Positions 57,142-64,000 of a stretch of 64,000 nt of DNA are shown in pieces; positions within the stretch are counted from its first letter, which is position 1; every line of letters begins with the position of its first letter. Both the position numbers and the translations under genes were made by a program. This DNA comes from an uncultured Thiothrix sp. Its GTDB lineage: Bacteria; Pseudomonadota; Gammaproteobacteria; Thiotrichales; Thiotrichaceae. Location: the NCBI GenBank assembly GCA_964420315.1, contig CAYQTB010000001.1, forward strand, positions 24,310 to 88,309, read 5' to 3'. The notes under the pieces were generated by a model. It was not told the origin of the DNA. It searched no databases and saw only the letters and a program-made list of their open reading frames with translations.

Positions 57142-59574
57142 ATGAGCGACACTTCTTTACACTTGGTTTCCGGTAATTGTTTTCATTGCGGTCAGCCCAT
57201 TCCGCCTGGTACGCATTATGGTGTTGATATTGATGGCGAATCGCGTGACATGTGTTGTACGGGTTGTCACGCGGTGGCGACGGCAATTGTCGACAATAAC
57301 CTCACCGATTATTACCGCTTCCGTACCAAAATCAGCGATAAGCCCGATGATTTAGTGCCAGAGGCATTACGACAATTACAGGTTTACGATTCACCGGATT
57401 TGCAGAAATCGTTTGTGCGCGAAACTGGCGCAACTATCCGGGAAGCGTCGCTGATTTTGGAAGGCATTGTGTGTGCTGCGTGCGTTTGGCTCAACGAGCA
57501 TCACGTCAGGCAACTCGACGGGGTGCTGGATTTCCGTATTAACTATTCTACCCACCGCGCTACCTTGAAATGGGATAACGAACGCTTACATTTGAGCCAA
57601 GTGTTGCAGGCTATTTCCGAAATCGGCTATCACGCCCACCCCTTTGATCCGCGTCGGCTTGAGTCTTTGCAAAAAAAGGAAAAATCCGCTGCCTTGCGCC
57701 GTATTGCCATCGCGGGTTTGGGCATGATGCAAGTGATGATGATTGCAATCGCCATGTACATCGGCGCGGTGTCGGATATGGATACCGGAATGCGCGATTT
57801 TTTGCGCTGGATTAGTCTGGTGATGACCATACCCGTCGTGTTTTATTCCGCCCGCGTGTTTTTTAGTTCGGCATGGCGGGATTTACGGCGTGGACGTTTT
57901 GGCATGGATGTGCCAGTGTCGTTGGGAATCGGGATTGCGTTTACTGCCAGTGTTTGGGCAACGTTTACCGGTGGCGGCGAAGTCTATTTTGATTCAGTCA
58001 CGATGTTCACCTTTTTTCTGCTGACAGGGCGCTATTTGGAAATGGCGGCACGGCATAAGTCCGGTCAGGTAGCAGAGGAATTGGTACGCTTAATGCCAGC
58101 CACGGCGACCCGTTTACGAGACGGTGAACAGGAAGTGATTCCGGTCAGCCAACTTGAATTGGGTGATCATGTGTTAATCAAACCGGGCGAAGTAGTACCG
58201 GCTGATGGTGTCGTCACCGATGGCACGAGTAGCACCAATGAATCGCTGTTGACAGGTGAAAGCCTGCCCTGCCACAAGCAGCCTGGCGATGCTTTGGTCG
58301 GTGGTACGGTAAATATGGAAAGCCCGTTGACGATGCGGGTCGACAAGGTTGGCGATAGTACGGTATTGGCTGCCATTATTCGTTTGCTGGAACGGGCGCA
58401 AGCCGAAAAGCCGGAATTGGCGCGTTTGGCAGAAAAAGTGGCGTCACGCTTTGTGCCGCTGATTTTACTGACGGCAGCGGCAGTGTTTGCTTGGTGGTAT
58501 CAACACCAGCCTTCGGAAGCATTCTGGATTGCACTATCGGTATTGGTTATTACCTGCCCGTGTGCATTTTCCTTGGCGACCCCCACCGCCCTGACCGCAG
58601 CGACAGGTTTACTCACCTCTAAAGGTGTGCTGACGACCCGTGGTCATGCGTTGGAAACCTTGGCACGGGTCAATCACATTATTTTCGATAAAACTGGCAC
58701 GCTCTCGCACGGTCATTTGGAGGTGGTTGACGTGCAAACTTTGGGTGCTGAACCTGTGCAGGTTTGTCAGCAAATCGCTGCCGGGCTGGAAATGGCGTCG
58801 GAACACCCGGTTGCCCACGCGATTGTACGTCTCAGTGATAATCTAGCCGATGTTAGCGACCTGAGAGCAGAATCTGGACGGGGTGTGGAAGGTGTGTGTG
58901 CTGGTAAGCATTACCGACTTGGTACGCACACCTTTGTGGAAGAATTGATCGGATACTCCTTGCCTAAAAAGGTGTCAGCCGCTGGCGACCGCTCACAAGT
59001 TTTCCTAGGCTCAACGGATGGCTGGTTAGCCGTGTTTAGTCTCGCGGATCAGTTACGTGCGGAAGCCGCACAGATGGTGGAAGAGCTGCAAGCCCAAGGG
59101 GTCACCGTGACCTTGCTCAGCGGTGATTCCCCTCATGTTGTCGCAGCCGTTGCGCAGCAATTGGGTATTAGCCATGCGCAAGGTGGTCAATTGCCCGCTG
59201 ATAAGTTAGCGTATATGCATCATCTACAAGCTCAGGGTGCGATAGTGGCAATGGTCGGCGACGGAGTGAATGATGCACCGGTGCTGGCGGGTGCGCCAGT
59301 GTCAATTGCGATGGGTAGCGGTTCGCAATTGGCACAAGCCAGTGCGGATATGGTGTTATTGTCTGAAAATTTACGGCAGCTACCCTTGGCGGTGCGTACT
59401 TCACGGCGGATGCAAACCATTATTAAACAGAACTTTTTATGGACGATTGCCTATAATCTGTTAGCTATCCCGTTGGCAGCGACAGGCATGATCGCGCCTT
59501 GGATGGCAGCGATTGGCATGTCTGCCAGTTCTTTGGTGGTGGTGCTTAATTCGTTGCGTCTGAAAAATGAGTAA
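57142..59574 (+). CDS. ccoI: heavy-metal (Cu) translocating P1B-type ATPase CcoI/FixI
   Basis: N-terminus CFHCG..CCTGCHAV; membrane CPC motif ITCPCAF; phosphorylation site FDKTGTL; GDGVNDAP. Confidence 0.92.
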   Translation: MSDTSLHLVSGNCFHCGQPIPPGTHYGVDIDGESRDMCCTGCHAVATAIVDNNLTDYYRFRTKISDKPDDLVPEALRQLQVYDSPDLQKSFVRETGATIREASLILEGIVCAACVWLNEHHVRQLDGVLDFRINYSTHRATLKWDNERLHLSQVLQAISEIGYHAHPFDPRRLESLQKKEKSAALRRIAIAGLGMMQVMMIAIAMYIGAVSDMDTGMRDFLRWISLVMTIPVVFYSARVFFSSAWRDLRRGRFGMDVPVSLGIGIAFTASVWATFTGGGEVYFDSVTMFTFFLLTGRYLEMAARHKSGQVAEELVRLMPATATRLRDGEQEVIPVSQLELGDHVLIKPGEVVPADGVVTDGTSSTNESLLTGESLPCHKQPGDALVGGTVNMESPLTMRVDKVGDSTVLAAIIRLLERAQAEKPELARLAEKVASRFVPLILLTAAAVFAWWYQHQPSEAFWIALSVLVITCPCAFSLATPTALTAATGLLTSKGVLTTRGHALETLARVNHIIFDKTGTLSHGHLEVVDVQTLGAEPVQVCQQIAAGLEMASEHPVAHAIVRLSDNLADVSDLRAESGRGVEGVCAGKHYRLGTHTFVEELIGYSLPKKVSAAGDRSQVFLGSTDGWLAVFSLADQLRAEAAQMVEELQAQGVTVTLLSGDSPHVVAAVAQQLGISHAQGGQLPADKLAYMHHLQAQGAIVAMVGDGVNDAPVLAGAPVSIAMGSGSQLAQASADMVLLSENLRQLPLAVRTSRRMQTIIKQNFLWTIAYNLLAIPLAATGMIAPWMAAIGMSASSLVVVLNSLRLKNE

Positions 59575-59614
59575 TTATAGTCTATAATGTTAAGTTTGGT
59601 TGGGATATAACGCC

Positions 59615-59827
59615 ATGGATGCCCTGTACTTGCTGATTCCGATAGCACTCGGCGTGATGATTGTCGTGGTGATAGCCTTTATCTACACCGTCAAAAGTGG
59701 GCAGTACGATGACTTGGAGGGACCCGCACATCGCATTTTGATGGATGATGATGACCCGCGTATTCCGGGCAAGCAGCCTGAGTCACCTGCAAACGCCGTG
59801 GAAGAAGGAAAAGGGAAAAATGTGTAG
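59615..59827 (+). CDS. ccoS: cbb3-type cytochrome oxidase assembly protein CcoS/FixS
   Basis: [34 protein letters not shown] is typical of CcoS. I chose the ATG at 59615. Confidence 0.85.
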   Translation: MDALYLLIPIALGVMIVVVIAFIYTVKSGQYDDLEGPAHRILMDDDDPRIPGKQPESPANAVEEGKGKNV

Positions 59828-60099
59828 TGTGATAGCTTAAATAGCTGTGCCGTTTATCGCCACTTATCACCGGTATATCATTTTATTCATAAAGCTGAAT
59901 ATATCATTAACCATAATGCGAAAATTGTTCTATGCTATCTATAACAAATTCCTCTGGTGACAACGGTTGGGATTTTCGATAGGTTTTTTAAACATTGATC
60001 AGTAGTAAATATCCGGTAGTGGATAACCGGAACAGGGATGGCACGGATGGATTCCCTGTGGGGTTTGCTGGGACTGGTAATAGGAGAATAGGTAATCAT

Positions 60100-61008
60100 A
60101 TGGCTGATAGAAGATTACAGGTCTTTCATGCGGTGGCTCGCTTGTTGAGTTTTACCAAAGCAGCAGAAGTGTTGCACATGACGCAACCGGCGGTGACATT
60201 CCAGATTCGTCAGTTGGAAGATCAGTTTGATACCCGTCTGTTTGACCGGACGCATAACCGCGTCTCCCTCACAGAAGCCGGGAGAATCGCGTTCGAGTAT
60301 TCCGAGCGTATTTTCGAGCAATACAGCGAAATGGAAAATGCCATTCGTGAAATGACGAATGACATCAGTGGTTCGTTGACCATTGGCGCGAGCACGACCA
60401 TTTCCGAATACATGCTGCCGTCATTGCTGGGCGAGTTCAACTCCAAGAATCCCGATGTCAGATTGCGTTTGCGTGTTTCCAATACCGAAGGCATTGTGTC
60501 AATGGTGGAAAACAACGTGATTGATCTTGGCGTTGTCGAGGGCGTGGTCAACAACAAAAATTTGCTGGTGGAAGTCTGCCGTCAGGATGATTTGGTGCTG
60601 ATTGTTCCGCCGACACACGCACTGGCGAGCAAAACGGCGGTGAAGCTGAAAGACGTGCTGGAATACCCCTTCATTTGCCGTGAAGAGGGGTCAGGCACAC
60701 GTGAAGTGGTTCTCGACTACCTGTATGCATTAGGCATGGACAAGCACGCGATGCACGCTTGCTTGGAACTGGGTAGCCCCGAAGCCGTGAAAGGTGCTGT
60801 GGAAGCCGGTATGGGCGTTTCCATTGTTTCCAGCGCCAGTATTGGCAAAGAATTGCGTCTGGGTTCATTGGTTGCTATACCGCTTGACCCACCATTGACA
60901 CGCGACTTTTCTTTCGTGCGCCAGCGCCAGAAATTCAAAGTCCGTGCGATGGAAGAGCTGTTGGAGTTTGCCCGCAGTTATTGCGAAAACCTCAAAAAGC
61001 AGAAGTAA
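60100..61008 (+). CDS. LysR-family transcriptional regulator
   Basis: HTH LQVFHAVARLLSFTKAAEVLHMTQPAVTFQIRQLE plus a LysR substrate-binding domain. The ATG at 60100 has AGGAGA 13 nt upstream. Confidence 0.88.
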   Translation: MADRRLQVFHAVARLLSFTKAAEVLHMTQPAVTFQIRQLEDQFDTRLFDRTHNRVSLTEAGRIAFEYSERIFEQYSEMENAIREMTNDISGSLTIGASTTISEYMLPSLLGEFNSKNPDVRLRLRVSNTEGIVSMVENNVIDLGVVEGVVNNKNLLVEVCRQDDLVLIVPPTHALASKTAVKLKDVLEYPFICREEGSGTREVVLDYLYALGMDKHAMHACLELGSPEAVKGAVEAGMGVSIVSSASIGKELRLGSLVAIPLDPPLTRDFSFVRQRQKFKVRAMEELLEFARSYCENLKKQK

Positions 61009-61017
61009 GTCCTTGTT

Positions 61018-61042
61018 GGGTACAGCGTATTTTGCTGTACCC
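61018..61042 (+). terminator. hairpin after the LysR gene (possible terminator)
   Basis: Perfect 9-bp stem gggtacagc / gctgtaccc with 7-nt loop gtatttt. The downstream T-tract is weak. Confidence 0.4.
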
Positions 61043-61071
61043 CGGATTATTTGTATCACACAGGAAACCCC

Positions 61072-61524
61072 ATGTTACCCGGTATGCCACCATCAGTCGG
61101 CTCTGCTGAAGAAAAGCGTCTTCGCAAGCTATACCGCAACATGAGTTCAAACGATCAGGCAACCTTAATGCGGTTTGCCGAATTTCTCGCAGGCTCACCC
61201 ACGCCTGACCTTGAACCCATGACCGAATTCCCTTCACCAGAAAGTATTCAGCGCCCTGAACAGGAAAGCGTGGTGAAGGCGATTAAGCGCCTGACGGCTA
61301 CCTATCCAATGATTCCGCGTGAACGTTTATTGAATGAAACCTCCAGCTTGATGGCGGCACATGTGATTCATGGCAAATCAGCAACGGTGGTGATTGACGA
61401 GTTGGAAGTCATGTTTGCGCAGCATTACACCACACTGAAAACCGAATTCGAGGGGAAAGAAACTGCCGCTTCACTCCAGGCCGAACACGCGCGCGCGGAT
61501 GTGGGCAACCTGATCTCGGACTGA
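61072..61524 (+). CDS. hypothetical protein
   Basis: 150 aa from the ATG at 61072 (AGGAAA upstream); no family recognised. Its 3' end overlaps the convergent uvrB 3' end by 54 nt. Confidence 0.45.
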   Translation: MLPGMPPSVGSAEEKRLRKLYRNMSSNDQATLMRFAEFLAGSPTPDLEPMTEFPSPESIQRPEQESVVKAIKRLTATYPMIPRERLLNETSSLMAAHVIHGKSATVVIDELEVMFAQHYTTLKTEFEGKETAASLQAEHARADVGNLISD

Positions 61525-63495
61525 TGCGGCTTGTTCAAACTCCAGATTTTTGGCGTGCTGGAACATCTTTTCTTCCAGCTTTTTGATCTGCTTAATTGCC
61601 TGATCGGGTGTTAAGCTGCGGTATTCAGCCGCGTCTTCGGCGACTTGCTTTTCCCCGCGTGTTTTGCCTTTGCCCTTGGTGGCATTGGCGTAAGCGCCTT
61701 CCATCACGTCGGCGATGCGCTTGCGGATGGTTTGTGGGGTAATGCCGAGTGTTTCATTGTGCGCGAGTTGTTTAGCACGGCGACGGCTGGTTTCATCCAT
61801 TGCTTTGCGCATGGAATCGGTGATTTTGTCGGCGTAGAGAATCGCCTTGCCTTCGGCATTACGGGCGGCGCGTCCGATGGTTTGGATCAGGGAGCGTTCG
61901 GAACGCAGGAAACCTTCTTTGTCCGCATCCAGAATCGCTACTAATGAAACTTCTGGTATATCAAGACCTTCTCGCAACAAGTTAATGCCAACTAGTGCGT
62001 CGAATTCACCTTTACGTAAGTCACGGATGATTTCGACGCGTTCCACGGTGTCAATGTCAGAGTGTAGGTAACGCACTTTGATGCCGTGTTCCATCAGGTA
62101 ATCGGTGAGGTCTTCTGCCATGCGTTTGGTTAGGGTTGTGACCAGCACACGCTCGTTGCGGCGGGCGCGTTCGCTGATTTCCGACATGACGTTATCGACT
62201 TGTGAAATGATGGGGCGAACTTCCACTTCAGGGTCGACGAGTCCGGTGGGGCGTACCACTTGTTCGGCAATATTGTCGGAGTGTTCCAGCTCATACGTGC
62301 CGGGGGTGGCGGAAACGTGGATGGCTTGCGGAATCAGTTTCTCGAATTCATCAAAGCGCAGTGGGCGGTTATCAAGTGCAGAGGGCAGGCGGAAGCCATA
62401 ATCCACCAGCGTGCTTTTGCGGGAATAGTCGCCTTTGTACATGCCGCCGAATTGCGGGATGGTGACGTGGGCTTCGTCGATGAATACGATGGCATTGCGT
62501 GGTAAATAGTCGAACAGGCACGGCGGCGGTTCACCCGCAGGGCGTTTCGATAGGTAGCGTGAATAGTTTTCGATGCCGGAACAGTAGCCGGTTTCGACGA
62601 TCATTTCGATGTCGTATTGCGTGCGCTGTTCAAGGCGTTGCGCTTCCACTAAGCGGTCGTTGTCGCGTAATACTTTCAGGCGTTCTTGGAGTTCAGCTTT
62701 GATGTAGTCAATGGCTGCCAGCAGCACTTCACGCGGAGTGACGTAGTGCGTTTTGGGGTAAACCGTGAGGCGTGGCACGCGGCGCAGCACTTCGCCAGTC
62801 AGGGGGTCGAAATAGCTAAGGTTTTCGATTTCGTTGTCGAAAAGTTCGATGCGGATGGCTTCTTTGTCGGATTCGGCGGGATGCACGTCGATGACTTCGC
62901 CGCGTACCCGAAACGTGCCGCGTTGCAAGTCGAGATCGTTGCGGCTGTATTGCATTTCGGCGAGGCGGCGCAAGATAGTGCGTTGGTCGATGCGGTCGCC
63001 GCGCACCAGAATCAGCAGCATTTTTAAGTACGATTCAGGGTCGCCCAAGCCGTAAATGGATGAGACGGTGGCGATAATGATGACATCTTTGCGCTCGAAC
63101 AGGTTACGGGTGGCGGAAAGCCGCATTTGTTCGATGTGGTCATTGATGGCGGAATCTTTTTCGATATACACGTCTTTGGACGGTACATAGGCTTCTGGCT
63201 GATAGTAGTCGAAGTACGAAACGAAGTATTCCACCGCATTATTCGGGAAGAACTCCTTCATTTCGCCGTAAAGCTGGGCTGCTAACGTTTTATTGTGTAC
63301 CAGAATAATCGCAGGGCGTTGGGTTTGCTGGATGATGTTTGCCATCGTGAAGGTTTTGCCCGAACCCGTCACGCCCAACAAGGTTTGGTGCAGCAAGCCG
63401 TCGTTTAAGCCGTTGACTAGCGAGCGGATGGCTTCTGGCTGGTCGCCAGCGGGCTGGTAAGAAGTGTGAATCTGGAAAGTCTGCGCTTCAGTCAT
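61471..63495 (-). CDS. uvrB: excinuclease ABC subunit B
   Basis: Walker [10 protein letters not shown]; [11 protein letters not shown]; helicase motifs; C-terminal UVR domain [12 protein letters not shown] chose the ATG at 63495 (MTEAQTFQI..). Confidence 0.93.
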   Translation of the reverse strand: MTEAQTFQIHTSYQPAGDQPEAIRSLVNGLNDGLLHQTLLGVTGSGKTFTMANIIQQTQRPAIILVHNKTLAAQLYGEMKEFFPNNAVEYFVSYFDYYQPEAYVPSKDVYIEKDSAINDHIEQMRLSATRNLFERKDVIIIATVSSIYGLGDPESYLKMLLILVRGDRIDQRTILRRLAEMQYSRNDLDLQRGTFRVRGEVIDVHPAESDKEAIRIELFDNEIENLSYFDPLTGEVLRRVPRLTVYPKTHYVTPREVLLAAIDYIKAELQERLKVLRDNDRLVEAQRLEQRTQYDIEMIVETGYCSGIENYSRYLSKRPAGEPPPCLFDYLPRNAIVFIDEAHVTIPQFGGMYKGDYSRKSTLVDYGFRLPSALDNRPLRFDEFEKLIPQAIHVSATPGTYELEHSDNIAEQVVRPTGLVDPEVEVRPIISQVDNVMSEISERARRNERVLVTTLTKRMAEDLTDYLMEHGIKVRYLHSDIDTVERVEIIRDLRKGEFDALVGINLLREGLDIPEVSLVAILDADKEGFLRSERSLIQTIGRAARNAEGKAILYADKITDSMRKAMDETSRRRAKQLAHNETLGITPQTIRKRIADVMEGAYANATKGKGKTRGEKQVAEDAAEYRSLTPDQAIKQIKKLEEKMFQHAKNLEFEQAASVRDQVAHIRARVFGLE

Positions 63496-63569
63496 GGAGA
63501 ATGCCTGTACGGATGGTTTGCAGGGAGCAGAGAGCCTAGTCAACCTTCTGATAAATAGTAATTAACCAA

Positions 63570-64000
63570 TCATAGTTCCCGATTTAACACTCGCTTAAGG
63601 GCGTCGGCATCAAATTCCGCCGTCACGACGGATTCGCCCAATGATTTCATCAGAATGAGGCGCAAGGAGCCATCCAGCACTTTTTTATCCACGGACATGT
63701 AACGGGTGAAGTCGTCGCCGGTCATTTGTGCTGGCGGGTCTACCGGAAGCTTGGCACGTTGCAGGATGTGGCGGGTGTAAGCTACGTCCTCCGCTGAGAG
63801 CCAGCCCATTTGCTGCGACAGTTCCGCTGCCATCACCATGCCAGTGGCGACTGCTTCGCCGTGCAGCCAGTTGCCGTAACCCATTGCCGCTTCAATGGCG
63901 TGTCCAAAGGTATGCCCCAGATTTAGCAAGGCGCGTTGCCCGGATTCGCGTTCATCTGCCGCTACCACTTCCGCTTTGTGTTCACAGGAACGGAAAATCG
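63570..64000 (-). CDS. aroB: 3-dehydroquinate synthase, C-terminal part (5' end beyond the window)
   Basis: [28 protein letters not shown] metal-binding motifs. The ORF is open to the right window edge. Confidence 0.88.
   Translation of the reverse strand, partial: IFRSCEHKAEVVAADERESGQRALLNLGHTFGHAIEAAMGYGNWLHGEAVATGMVMAAELSQQMGWLSAEDVAYTRHILQRAKLPVDPPAQMTGDDFTRYMSVDKKVLDGSLRLILMKSLGESVVTAEFDADALKRVLNREL

Noticed and set aside
59874-59908. Direct 9-nt repeat TATATCATT (59874-59882 and 59900-59908) and TTATC-N5-TTATC in the AT-rich region upstream of the LysR gene, as possible operator sites.
   Set aside because: Short AT-rich repeats are expected by chance in a 270-bp AT-rich spacer. There is no dyad T-N11-A LysR box that I can defend.

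Overview
This is a 64-kb chromosomal segment whose gene order looks gammaproteobacterial. All family assignments come from reading motifs in the ORF translations by eye; no database search was possible.

Housekeeping blocks:
- ispG, trpF and an MltB-like transglycosylase
- rnfABCDGE-nth on the minus strand
- proA-nadD-rsfS-rlmH-maf-rng-yhdP-nit-tldD-pmbA-ppnP
- purMN, tRNA-Ser(UGA)-serS, ccoGHIS, a LysR regulator, uvrB, and a partial aroB

Between about 8.1 and 30.1 kb lies a ~22-kb accessory stress/defence block with no integrase or transposase. It has three parts:
1. Minus-strand TerD-domain genes terZ-terA-terD-terD-terB (no terC, telA or terY). An ATP-grasp gene and a COG1373-type AAA+ ATPase sit upstream of them.
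2. A divergent plus-strand cluster, coupled by 4-nt overlaps: PRTase(TRSP)-HAD-StiP-like PRTase-CitE-like lyase. This is the Ter-linked pathway predicted to make a nucleoside-like metabolite; its product is unknown.
3. An 11.2-kb operon of five translationally coupled genes:
   - a 1019-aa beta-class DNA methyltransferase (type III Mod-like)
   - an ABC-type ATPase
   - a small Toprim-like protein
   - a type III Res helicase-nuclease
   - a full-length RecB-family helicase-nuclease, with no recC or recD nearby

I consider the third part the best candidate for an undescribed composite defence system. Its mod gene carries two in-frame GC-rich palindromic repeat insertions in inverted orientation. 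They bracket the catalytic core and a ~0.5-kb low-GC target-recognition segment.

Other accessory items are a TumE/TumA-like toxin-antitoxin pair (0.4-1.1 kb) and an AT-rich islet (31.6-32.25 kb). I found no CRISPR array, rRNA or transposase.
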